DNA from: a virus
Virus record (IMG/VR): IMGVR_UViG_3300008262_006988
Reading direction: 5' to 3' (one strand)
DNA: 64,000 nt
Both the position numbers and the translations under genes were made by a program. The notes below the pieces were generated by a model, which saw nothing but the letters and a program-made list of their open reading frames with translations, searched no databases and was not told the DNA's origin. The stretch's first letter is position 1. Every line of letters starts with the position of its first letter. This document shows, piece by piece, positions 10,324-18,905 of this stretch.

Positions 10324-11086
10324 CTTACATAGCGTAGTAATAGTAGGTAACAGTTTGAATTTATTAGAGACCAAGAGAGGCGATGTAATAGATAACTGTG
10401 ATATTGTAGTACGTATGGGGAGTTACTGCATCGATGGTTATGAAGAATATGTTGGTACGAAGACAGATATTTTTTGTACAATTGCAAATATGTTTTGCAA
10501 AAATTCACCTGATGATTCTGTTCTTTTTGCACTCGACCCTGGAATGACTTCTTTTAATTTTAAAAAAATTTTATTTTTAGAATATGATTGCGATGACTAT
10601 TATGAATCCACTGTACATGGTAATTCTTGGGGTAGCGGTAGTATACCGATACCGCCTGCTGCTGCTGGCGCTTTATATTTTAAAAAACTCTGCTCTTCAG
10701 ATAAGTTCAAATTAGCGTTTCAAAATCATATTGTTATTGATAGAATGATTCTTGATTATTTTATAGAGTACTTGCAGCTTGTTAATAAGGATGTATGTGT
10801 TGAGTTTTATAATAGCCTTTGGCGATCGAGGCTTTTTGCTAACTTTAATAGTATATTTCCGCAAATGGACATAGCGGTACCATCAAAAGGAATGTATATA
10901 ATCGATTATATTTTAAGAACGTTTAAAGACAGTAAAATATACGTTTGCGGTTTTGATGGATTTAGGACCACAAATTATTGGAGGCAGCTCGGTCCACTAA
11001 CATACACTTTTAGGAGCCATCAGCCTGCAAAAGAACAGTATATGTATAAAAAATTATTACGCGAAGGAATTATACATGAGCTGTAA
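10313..11086 (+). CDS. GT29 sialyltransferase-like protein, copy 2
   Basis: VVIVGNS..IDNCDIVVRMG..GYEEYVGTKT, PSKG, GFDGF..YW, HQPAKE. Confidence 0.8.
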   Translation: MNSDLHSVVIVGNSLNLLETKRGDVIDNCDIVVRMGSYCIDGYEEYVGTKTDIFCTIANMFCKNSPDDSVLFALDPGMTSFNFKKILFLEYDCDDYYESTVHGNSWGSGSIPIPPAAAGALYFKKLCSSDKFKLAFQNHIVIDRMILDYFIEYLQLVNKDVCVEFYNSLWRSRLFANFNSIFPQMDIAVPSKGMYIIDYILRTFKDSKIYVCGFDGFRTTNYWRQLGPLTYTFRSHQPAKEQYMYKKLLREGIIHEL

Positions 11087-11792
11087 TAACATCATCATAG
11101 TAGGTAACGGTGGCTGCTTACTTAACTCTAAAAATGGTAGTAAGATCGACTCTTATGATTATGTTGTACGTATGGGAAACTGTATAACTCGTGGATACGA
11201 GGAACATACCGGGACAAAGACAGATTTATACAGAGCTTCATGGGATAGATTACTTCACAATATCAATAAAACAAATATATATAGACCTATCGATCTTAGT
11301 TTCACATTTCATACACTTCTTCTTCTCGAGCGACAACCCGATACTTTTCATGAGACGGTATCAACAATGCTTTTAAAAAACAATACAAAATTATTTAAAA
11401 AGCCTTTTTTTCCAGAAATTTCATTTCCAGATTTTATTTTTTTAAAAAGAAATGAGCGTATTACACATGAATGTTGTTTAGAATATTTTACTAAGAAATA
11501 TAATATACGTACAGTAGAGCATATGGATATTGATACAAGAGTAAATGTTTTTTTACAGGTTAATACCCCAGCGAAACAAAATATGGTATTACCGTCGAGC
11601 GGTATACTCACACTCGCACATATTATTAAGACGAGACCTAATGATAATATTACTATTACTGGGTTTGATGGTTTTACTACGAGATATTATTGGCGTGATT
11701 ATGAAACATACTTTGATGGTCATAGCTCTTACCGTGAAAAGATGTTTATAAAACAATTAGTGAAAGATGGTAGAATAAGCATACTCAATTAA
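11076..11792 (+). CDS. GT29 sialyltransferase-like protein, copy 3
   Basis: IIIVGNGG.LL..G..IDSYDYVVRMG..GTKT, PSSG, GFDGF..YYW, HSSYRE. Confidence 0.8.
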   Translation: MSCNNIIIVGNGGCLLNSKNGSKIDSYDYVVRMGNCITRGYEEHTGTKTDLYRASWDRLLHNINKTNIYRPIDLSFTFHTLLLLERQPDTFHETVSTMLLKNNTKLFKKPFFPEISFPDFIFLKRNERITHECCLEYFTKKYNIRTVEHMDIDTRVNVFLQVNTPAKQNMVLPSSGILTLAHIIKTRPNDNITITGFDGFTTRYYWRDYETYFDGHSSYREKMFIKQLVKDGRISILN

Positions 11793-11799
11793 CTCAAAG

Positions 11800-12498
11800 A
11801 TGAAACGTATTATTATTATCGGTAATAGCTGCAGCCTCTTAGAACAAAAAAACGGGGATATAATTGATGGTTATGACTATATTGTAAGAATGGGCGGTAC
11901 ACCACGCATTAAAGGTTATGAAAAACATGTGGGTACCAAAACTAACATGTATTGTATGAAGTGGTTCAAATATTTTAATGTAGAAGTGGGAATTAATGAT
12001 ACCAATTTTGGGCAGATGCGTGAAAAGTTAGAGATAGAATATGATGATGTATTGTGTCTGTTACAAGACCCTGATAATTTCTACGAAGTAGCGACACCTT
12101 TTCAGCGATATGAAAAAAATTCTTTAAACAGATCGTTTTACTATCAAATAGGTGATAGATATCTACATGATTCTGCAATCTTAAACTTTAACTTACAGCA
12201 AAAGCAATGGTATTTCTTTAATAGTATAGATATGCAACAGCTTGTATGCTATTTACAGGGATATGATTCTAATATACGTTATAATAATGGTATTGAACCT
12301 ACAGCTGGACTATGTGTTATTTGGTTTTTTATGCAAAATTTTTCAAATTGTGAAATAACAGTTACGGGATTTGATGGATTTAAGACCGGACATTATTGGA
12401 AGCCGGCAATTAGTACTTTTTTTCAAAGCCACAATGGTTTAAGCGAGTGGATGTTTATAAAAAAATTAATAAAACGCGGTGATATAAGACTATTATGA
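11800..12498 (+). CDS. GT29 sialyltransferase-like protein, copy 4
   Basis: IIIIGNS..IDGYDYIVRMG..HVGTKT, PTAG, GFDGF..HYW, HNGLSE. Confidence 0.8.
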   Translation: MKRIIIIGNSCSLLEQKNGDIIDGYDYIVRMGGTPRIKGYEKHVGTKTNMYCMKWFKYFNVEVGINDTNFGQMREKLEIEYDDVLCLLQDPDNFYEVATPFQRYEKNSLNRSFYYQIGDRYLHDSAILNFNLQQKQWYFFNSIDMQQLVCYLQGYDSNIRYNNGIEPTAGLCVIWFFMQNFSNCEITVTGFDGFKTGHYWKPAISTFFQSHNGLSEWMFIKKLIKRGDIRLL

Positions 12499-13175
12499 AT
12501 ATTGTAGTGGTAGGAAATGGTCGCAGCGATGTTATGAGAGGTAATCTAATAGATAGTTTTGATTATGTAGTGCGTATGGGTTCGTGTTGCATCGATGGAT
12601 ACGAGCATTATGTTGGTACGAAGACAAGTATGCTGCGTTCATCATGGGATAGATTTTTTGGAAAAAAAGAAGATGGTACTCATGAATTTGTAAGTAAAAT
12701 TATTGGTTTTACTGATTTTCTCTTTTTAGAGCCGTATTTTGAGCCATTTTATGAAACAATGCATTTCGGCAATGTGTATCATTTGTATAAGATTTTTAAT
12801 AAGCCACGTTTTTTACAAAAGAGATTTATTAGCATTAAAAACGAGCGTATTTTGCATGAAATGTTTATAAGAGAGCATCTTTCACAAAAAAATATCTTTT
12901 ATTATAATATAAAAGATAGGGTTTCGCTTTTTTGTGAGTATAATAGTATGTATAATGACAGAGTCTTACATATGCCTTCAGCAGGCCTCTTTACTATTGA
13001 TTATATAGTAAAAACGTTTACTGATAGTGATATCTATATCACAGGCTTTGATGGATTTAAGACAAAATATTACTGGAGAAGTAATGATGAATACTTTGAT
13101 TCTCATAGCTCCATTAAAGAACAGTTATATCTTAAAAAATTACTTACTAAAGGTATCATTAAAGAGTTGCCATAA
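12495..13175 (+). CDS. GT29 sialyltransferase-like protein, copy 5
   Basis: IVVVGNG..IDSFDYVVRMG..YVGTKT, PSAG, GFDGF..YYW, HSSIKE. Confidence 0.8.
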   Translation: MNIVVVGNGRSDVMRGNLIDSFDYVVRMGSCCIDGYEHYVGTKTSMLRSSWDRFFGKKEDGTHEFVSKIIGFTDFLFLEPYFEPFYETMHFGNVYHLYKIFNKPRFLQKRFISIKNERILHEMFIREHLSQKNIFYYNIKDRVSLFCEYNSMYNDRVLHMPSAGLFTIDYIVKTFTDSDIYITGFDGFKTKYYWRSNDEYFDSHSSIKEQLYLKKLLTKGIIKELP

Positions 13176-13207
13176 TAGTTTTTTTTATATATTATATACT
13201 TTTATAT

Positions 13208-13897
13208 ATGGTCAATATTTACGTTGGTTGGGATAGTAGAGAGGTAGAGGCTTATAATGTATGCTGTGAGTCAATTAAGAGCCGAACACAGAAAAGTATT
13301 AATTATAATATAATACCTCTTAAAAAGCACGAATTACAGACGAGCGGGTTGTATTCGAGAAATTCTGATCCGCTTGCATCAACAGAATTTACATATACAA
13401 GATTTCTCGTACCTCTTTTACAAGACTATAAAGGTCTCGCAATTTTTTGTGATTGTGATTTTCTGTGGCTTGAAGGTATAGATGCGTTGTTACATGATAT
13501 AGATATAGATACACACAAAGCTGTTTACGTCTGTAAGCATGATTATACCCCTTCTCAAGAGATAAAAATGGACAATAAAGTTCAATCCTCTTACCCGAGA
13601 AAAAATTGGTCAAGTTTGATTGTATGGAATTGTGATCATGAAAAAAATAAAGTTCTCACAAAAGAAAAAGTTAATAGTGAGACTGGAGCTTTTCTTCATA
13701 GATTTCAATGGTTAGATGATAATGAAATCGGTGATATAAATATTCAATGGAACTGGCTTGTGGGTGAGTACTGCGAGGAGCAGCACGGATCACCAAAAGC
13801 TTTACATTATACAAATGGAGGACCGTGGTTTGAAAATTATAAAAATTGTCCTTACGCTTCTGTTTGGAATAAAGAACGCGATAGAATTGCATTTTAA
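13208..13897 (+). CDS. GT-A glycosyltransferase (GT8/CDI-like)
   Basis: IYVGWDSRE, STEFTYTRFLVP, DCD, YPRKNWSS, WNWL, LHYTNGGPW. Confidence 0.85.
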   Translation: MVNIYVGWDSREVEAYNVCCESIKSRTQKSINYNIIPLKKHELQTSGLYSRNSDPLASTEFTYTRFLVPLLQDYKGLAIFCDCDFLWLEGIDALLHDIDIDTHKAVYVCKHDYTPSQEIKMDNKVQSSYPRKNWSSLIVWNCDHEKNKVLTKEKVNSETGAFLHRFQWLDDNEIGDINIQWNWLVGEYCEEQHGSPKALHYTNGGPWFENYKNCPYASVWNKERDRIAF

Positions 13898-14168
13898 GTT
13901 TACTTCTCATCGCCGCATTACATATAAAAAGCAGAGTTGCAATTTAAGGCGACATCAACCCAAGAAACAAGATTATAAAAAACGCAATAAACTCGCCGGT
14001 CAATTTTTTGATTTTAATCAGCCTTGCCCGCCTATGATAAAAAATTGCATGGAATTGCGTGTACAGTACGAGAATGAAGTGAAAAAGCTCGAAAGCTATA
14101 AACTCTGTACACAGTGTAGTATTTTATTTTTGAGACAAAATATTATTGCATCTTTTGAAGTTGACTGA
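13887..14168 (+). CDS. Small 4-Cys protein A (probable TTG start)
   Basis: FFDFNQPCPPMIKNCMELR..CTQC; paralogue of 15095..15322; start uncertain. Confidence 0.6.
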   Translation: MHFKFTSHRRITYKKQSCNLRRHQPKKQDYKKRNKLAGQFFDFNQPCPPMIKNCMELRVQYENEVKKLESYKLCTQCSILFLRQNIIASFEVD

Positions 14169-15021
14169 TTATATCAAAACTCGATTTACCGTAAAGTGTA
14201 CCGTTAGTACTACAATTCTTACATGCATCATCGATACGTTTACCGTTTGCTAAATTATGCCTTACATCGGTCAACTGTTTACTAAACCAAAGATCATAAA
14301 AAGATGTATTCATTATATTACCAAGACCTGTTTGCTGCCTGTGCCAATCATTGCAGCATAAAACAATATCACCATTCCAATCTATTGTAATCCTATAAAA
14401 TGGTATAAAGCATTGTTGCTTTACTTTATTAAATTTAATATTTGTTACAGCGCCTGCTCTGTTGTTAAAATTCCACTCTTCAACTGTCTGCTCTAACGTC
14501 TGACTCTCTTTATCGTACCAAAGCCGTCTTAGTGCATATTTTTTAAAAGGTATTTTAGCAAACATTTGTTCTCGTGCAATAGCTTGATCTTCACCGTCAT
14601 AACAATCTACAACAATTCTATCTACATGATCTTTTATTTTTTCTACGTCATCACAGGTTAAAAAATCACCGTTTGTTGTGAGCTCTACATAGCACTCACG
14701 TAGCTCGTTCTTAATGTGAATAATATAATCGAGTATATTAGAATTGAGCAGTGGTTCGCCGAACCCTGAGATATGTATCGCTCCTTTATAGTTATTTTCC
14801 TTGAGTTGTTCAATAAGGCGATCTATAACCTTTCGATCCATTTGTAATTTTCTGTTCGGGTAAACTGCGGAATCATGCCTCGGGCAAAATACACATTTAC
14901 GGTTACAAAGCTCTGTAACATTTAATTCTATAGTTGTAAGACCTATCAATTTACCATATCTCTGCTCTTCAATAAATTGTTTATGAATAATATCACGCGT
15001 GTTTATATGATCTAACGACAT
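14143..15021 (-). CDS. Radical SAM enzyme with C-terminal SPASM/twitch domain
   Basis: CNRKCVFC, GFGEPLL, LTTNG, CFIPF..IDWNGDIVLCC..CKNC. Confidence 0.9.
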   Translation of the reverse strand: MSLDHINTRDIIHKQFIEEQRYGKLIGLTTIELNVTELCNRKCVFCPRHDSAVYPNRKLQMDRKVIDRLIEQLKENNYKGAIHISGFGEPLLNSNILDYIIHIKNELRECYVELTTNGDFLTCDDVEKIKDHVDRIVVDCYDGEDQAIAREQMFAKIPFKKYALRRLWYDKESQTLEQTVEEWNFNNRAGAVTNIKFNKVKQQCFIPFYRITIDWNGDIVLCCNDWHRQQTGLGNIMNTSFYDLWFSKQLTDVRHNLANGKRIDDACKNCSTNGTLYGKSSFDIISQLQKMQ

Positions 15022-15094
15022 TGTTAAATATTTTAAGCTATTATTTTTGTTATTGCAACATATTATAAAGTATATAAGTACTATATACGGTTAC

Positions 15095-15322
15095 ATGAAT
15101 CCTGTATTAACATTTTTTGAACTTGATCAGCCTTGTCCCTCAGAGATACCGCTATGTAATGAATTACGTAAGAAGTATATTCAGGATGTAGAGTTAGCGA
15201 GTGCAAAACACTGTAAAAAGTGCGAATTGACAAGCATAAAAGCAAAATATACAACAGTGGTATGGGAGCAATACATGGAACATATGACTTCAAAAAATAA
15301 AAAACAAGATATACTTTTATGA
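15095..15322 (+). CDS. Small 4-Cys protein B
   Basis: MNPVLTFFELDQPCPSEIPLCNELR..CKKC; TATAAGTA at 15073-15080 upstream. Confidence 0.7.
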   Translation: MNPVLTFFELDQPCPSEIPLCNELRKKYIQDVELASAKHCKKCELTSIKAKYTTVVWEQYMEHMTSKNKKQDILL

Positions 15323-15648
15323 TTATTGATTATATTTTCGGTTATTTAGTTGTACAGACAATATTAGTAATTTGGTTCTATAGCCCTTTCCGTATTACAC
15401 TCGGGCAACTTTTTTTTGATAAAAACATGTATATGTCTGATCAGTTTGAAACCTATTTACTAACACTCAACCCTTTCCTCGGTAAACTTCTTTCATGTTA
15501 TATTTGTTTTTCGTTCTGGACTTCACTTATTATAGGCTGCATAGGCTCTTTTTTCTTATATGACATGGAAATTATTATCCCTCTTGCCACAGCATTAACC
15601 TACCCCGGTATATGTTATTTTTATAAGTCTATTGTTGATAGATCTTAG
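15319..15648 (+). CDS. DUF1360-like membrane protein with CxxC
   Basis: Hydrophobic helices; FLGKLLSCYICFSFW; ATGA overlap with protein B. Confidence 0.7.
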   Translation: MIIDYIFGYLVVQTILVIWFYSPFRITLGQLFFDKNMYMSDQFETYLLTLNPFLGKLLSCYICFSFWTSLIIGCIGSFFLYDMEIIIPLATALTYPGICYFYKSIVDRS

Positions 15649-16108
15649 CAAATCGTGTGTAATATCTATAATATTTGACAATATACTGTCTCACAAATTG
15701 TCTTGCATCCTTTTCAAGCTCGTTACGATAGTACGCAACAGTATTTTTCATAACATCTTCATCGGTATATGTTAATTCACGTGCACTGCGTTTATATACT
15801 TGTGATTGCATCCAATGCCTAAATTCATGCAGTATATGATCGAATATCATTAAATGCTTTGTCCGTAGGCTGTCGCTTTTTATGTATGGCATGTCCGTAA
15901 TGTATAATTTGTTGGTTTTAAATTCATACATGCTTGAATCACTTTTAAATAAAATTTGTATTTTTATTTTTTTAAGATTGACAGCCTTTGACGGCTCGAT
16001 TTCAGCATACAACAAAGTAAGCGCTGAACTCATTGCTGGTAAATTGAGTTTATGTTTTATGAACCACTTTTGTGATTTTTTTGTCGGCAATAAATTAAAA
16101 ATATGCAT
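15629..16108 (-). CDS. HExxH zincin-like metallopeptidase
   Basis: ILHEFRHWMQ..YYRNELEKDA. Confidence 0.65.
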   Translation of the reverse strand: MHIFNLLPTKKSQKWFIKHKLNLPAMSSALTLLYAEIEPSKAVNLKKIKIQILFKSDSSMYEFKTNKLYITDMPYIKSDSLRTKHLMIFDHILHEFRHWMQSQVYKRSARELTYTDEDVMKNTVAYYRNELEKDARQFVRQYIVKYYRYYTRFAKIYQQ

Positions 16109-16116
16109 AAAAAATA

Positions 16117-16144
16117 TTGATTTCTGTTATTAAGATTTTAATAT
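16117..16144 (+). promoter_or_regulatory. Sigma70-type promoter
   Basis: TTGATT-N16-TAATAT, ATG at 16153. Confidence 0.45.
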
Positions 16145-16152
16145 ACGTGTAT

Positions 16153-16356
16153 ATGTATATTGAAAAGTATAACGTCTACGTCGCAAATAATACAACTAAA
16201 AAGGTAAAAAAAGTTCTCGTTGAGGCTAATACCCCTCAAGAAGCACATAAAAAAGCATATGTAAACACTCATATGTTTACAGAAGACATCACAAAGATTA
16301 CTGATTATAGTAATGCAGTAGTTTATACACATAAAGATGGGTTTATTACCAATTAA
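16153..16356 (+). CDS. Small hypothetical protein
   Basis: MYIEKYNVYV..VEANTPQEAHKK; downstream of the promoter. Confidence 0.6.
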   Translation: MYIEKYNVYVANNTTKKVKKVLVEANTPQEAHKKAYVNTHMFTEDITKITDYSNAVVYTHKDGFITN

Positions 16357-16359
16357 TTC

Positions 16360-16367
16360 TATAAATA
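16360..16367 (+). promoter_or_regulatory. T4-type late promoter TATAAATA
   Basis: Exact consensus in a 20-bp intergenic gap. Confidence 0.7.
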
Positions 16368-16376
16368 TACAAGCAT

Positions 16377-16571
16377 ATGGAAGAAGATCAAGAATTATCA
16401 ACAAACTTAACTATAGCAGATTTAACTACAATCGCCTCTATCATTGAAGCGATTGTAAATAGAGGTGCACTAAGACCACAAGAATTATCTCTCGTTGGCT
16501 CGGTGTATGAAAAAGTAGCAGCAATACTCAATAAAGTAAAAGATGAAAATAAAGGGAATAAAGACGCTTGA
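16377..16571 (+). CDS. Small helical hypothetical protein
   Basis: LTIADL..IIEAIVNRGALRPQELSLVGSVYEK; follows late box. Confidence 0.65.
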   Translation: MEEDQELSTNLTIADLTTIASIIEAIVNRGALRPQELSLVGSVYEKVAAILNKVKDENKGNKDA

Positions 16572-16722
16572 GCTAGAAGAGCGGCCGGACGGTAAATACG
16601 ATATTTTTGTGGATTATACCGAAGAATTTGAAGAGACATTAAAGAGTATTCTCGATAAAAAGAGAATAACAAAAAAAGATGTAGCGAATTTTATTCTTGA
16701 GTCACTCGGTTTAGGTCAATAA
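16543..16722 (+). CDS. 59-aa hypothetical protein absent from the ORF track
   Basis: MKIKGIKTLELEERPDGKYDIFVDYTEEFEETLKSILDKKRITKKDVANFILESLGLGQ; fills the gap, TAATG overlap with the next gene. Confidence 0.65.
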   Translation: MKIKGIKTLELEERPDGKYDIFVDYTEEFEETLKSILDKKRITKKDVANFILESLGLGQ

Positions 16723-16937
16723 TGAATACAATTAGCCTTACTAAAACACATGTAACAGCATCGGGTTCGGTGCATGCGCAGATAAAAATTAATAACAATG
16801 ATGTGGGGTTACTTTATCTAACACCGCGAGAAATTGACGTACTTACAAATGCATTGCGTGATGGGTTGCTTAACAGTAATACAGCACTCGAAACGGACTT
16901 ATTTGATGAAGAGTACAGTGATGAAGAGTTATACTAA
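16722..16937 (+). CDS. Small hypothetical protein with acidic tail
   Basis: TAATG coupling at both ends. Confidence 0.6.
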   Translation: MNTISLTKTHVTASGSVHAQIKINNNDVGLLYLTPREIDVLTNALRDGLLNSNTALETDLFDEEYSDEELY

Positions 16938-17614
16938 TGCTTGTTTTTGATGCAGAAAAGCACGTTTATAAAAACAAGTATACAGGTGATGTTTATACAT
17001 CTGTAACTACCCTGCTGGGTAAGTATAAAGCTCCATTCGACTCACAGGCTGCGGCACTCAAAGTAGCTCAGCGTGAAAAATGTTCGGTAGAAGAGATCCT
17101 TGCAAGATGGAAAGAAGCGAATGAAGCCAGCAAAGTTTATGGTACAAAAATACATAGTGCTATAGAGACATATCATAAATCGGGTTACGTAGAACCGGAG
17201 TATAAAGATCTGATTAGCTCTTACAGGCAACTCGGTATTGTCGATGAGCTCGATGAAATACAGTCAGAGCAGCAAGTTTATCTGCATGAATATCAAATTG
17301 CTGGTACAGCAGATATTATTCGACATGAAAAAAATGGTTGTTTTAGTATCTTTGATATAAAGACAAACAAAAAATTTAATTTAGCTAATCAGTACAATAC
17401 TAGGCTACTTCCACCCTTTGACCATCTCACTTCTTGCGAATACACTATATATGCTTTACAGCTCTCTCTTTATGCATATATGTATCAAAATAATACCGGT
17501 AGAAATGTAAATCAATTGGGGATATTTTTTTACGAACGTGAGAAAAATAAGTTTATATACTACCCGGTAATATACTTAAAGCATGATATCAAAAGAATAC
17601 TTCAAACATTATGA
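16937..17614 (+). CDS. PD-(D/E)XK exonuclease
   Basis: SVTTLL, GTKIHSAIE, IAGTADII, FDIKT, YALQLSLYA. Confidence 0.85.
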   Translation: MLVFDAEKHVYKNKYTGDVYTSVTTLLGKYKAPFDSQAAALKVAQREKCSVEEILARWKEANEASKVYGTKIHSAIETYHKSGYVEPEYKDLISSYRQLGIVDELDEIQSEQQVYLHEYQIAGTADIIRHEKNGCFSIFDIKTNKKFNLANQYNTRLLPPFDHLTSCEYTIYALQLSLYAYMYQNNTGRNVNQLGIFFYEREKNKFIYYPVIYLKHDIKRILQTL

Positions 17615-18066
17615 ATAGACCAAACTGGGACGAGCATGCATTGATGTTAGCTTATACTGCTACTTGCAGAAGCCCTGATCCTCATGTAAAAGTTGGTGCT
17701 TGTGCACTCGATATACATAATAATGTTCTCGGTGTAGCATACAATGGTCTTGCACCTGGCAAAGAAGTAACGAAGTTCTTCTGGGATGATAGAGATAAAA
17801 GACGTCCGTTTGTAATACACGCTGAAACTAATCTTCTTTCACGCATACAAATAGGAGCTGTACATACTATTGCCTGTACATTATTACCTTGTTCTTCATG
17901 TGCGAGAGCTATAGCTGCACATAAGGCGAAGCGTGTTATATACAGCGAAACTTATGACCGTGATACCGAAGGTCTTCGTATATTTGATTTCTATAACATT
18001 GAAGTTATAAATATACCAAAAAACCGTGTAGTAGAATATATTAAAACAGCATATGAAATTCATTGA
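17611..18066 (+). CDS. dCMP deaminase
   Basis: RPNWDE, KVGAC, YNG, IHAETN, PCSSC. Confidence 0.9.
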   Translation: MNRPNWDEHALMLAYTATCRSPDPHVKVGACALDIHNNVLGVAYNGLAPGKEVTKFFWDDRDKRRPFVIHAETNLLSRIQIGAVHTIACTLLPCSSCARAIAAHKAKRVIYSETYDRDTEGLRIFDFYNIEVINIPKNRVVEYIKTAYEIH

Positions 18067-18538
18067 AACAATATTACAATGCAGTCAAATTAAAGAAGCG
18101 AAATTATATGGAGCTGCTAAAAAAGCTGCTGAATCACCCGAGACGGGTGTTATTATACAAAAACCCGCAGCATTTCATGTTATCCGTGATTGCGCAACAC
18201 TTGCTTACAAATATCTACCTCACTACGTCTTCGGGCACTATGCAAACCCATTTGAAGTATTAAAAGGTAAATTTACAAAACGAGACATAGAAGAGTTTCT
18301 TGCAAGCGCAAATTCTGATATTGTTAACTTCCATTTACTTGCCTTAATCCTAGAGAAAATAAGAAAGAGTACTAATATTCAGACAACAGCAGTACCTGAA
18401 CAGCAAATTAATCTCAAGACAGCTCTCTCATCCGATGATCCTTACGGAGATTACGAATCATATGGTGCAGAAGAGGTGCAAGTTGTTCAACTTGACAACC
18501 TAACCCTTCTTTGTAGAGCATTTAATGTATTAACATAA
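18053..18538 (+). CDS. Hypothetical protein
   Basis: 161-aa ORF in operon. Confidence 0.6.
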   Translation: MKFIETILQCSQIKEAKLYGAAKKAAESPETGVIIQKPAAFHVIRDCATLAYKYLPHYVFGHYANPFEVLKGKFTKRDIEEFLASANSDIVNFHLLALILEKIRKSTNIQTTAVPEQQINLKTALSSDDPYGDYESYGAEEVQVVQLDNLTLLCRAFNVLT

Positions 18539-18548
18539 ATACTCATTG

Positions 18549-18905
18549 ATGAAATTTACAGGTACACTATTACGTATTATCAATCAACTACGTATGTATC
18601 ACTGGCTTTGTGATACATACGCACAGCACAAAGCATACGGAAGTGCATATGATGATTTAAGTGATCTTGTCGATGCATTTACCGAGGTATATATGGGTAA
18701 GTACGGTAAGACTAGCAATAATATAACTCTCAATATCGAGTTGAGCGCAGATACCGCTACATCAACAGAGTTCATTGATTCAGCTATTAACTTTTTGTTA
18801 AAGATAAACGAAATGGCGAGTGAAGAAGATACCGATCTTCTTAATATAAGAGACGAAATGCTTAGCTCTCTTAATAAGTTGAAATATTTGCTTACTCTTC
18901 ACTAA
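18549..18905 (+). CDS. Ferritin-like four-helix protein (DUF5856-like)
   Basis: YHW..YAQHKAYG..YD.L.DLVDAFTEVYMGKYG..DLLNIRDEM..LKYLLTL; CATAAATA at 18534-18541. Confidence 0.8.
   Translation: MKFTGTLLRIINQLRMYHWLCDTYAQHKAYGSAYDDLSDLVDAFTEVYMGKYGKTSNNITLNIELSADTATSTEFIDSAINFLLKINEMASEEDTDLLNIRDEMLSSLNKLKYLLTLH

Noticed and set aside
16937-17614. Cas4
   Set aside because: PD-(D/E)XK nuclease without the Cas4 four-Cys pattern and with no cas context
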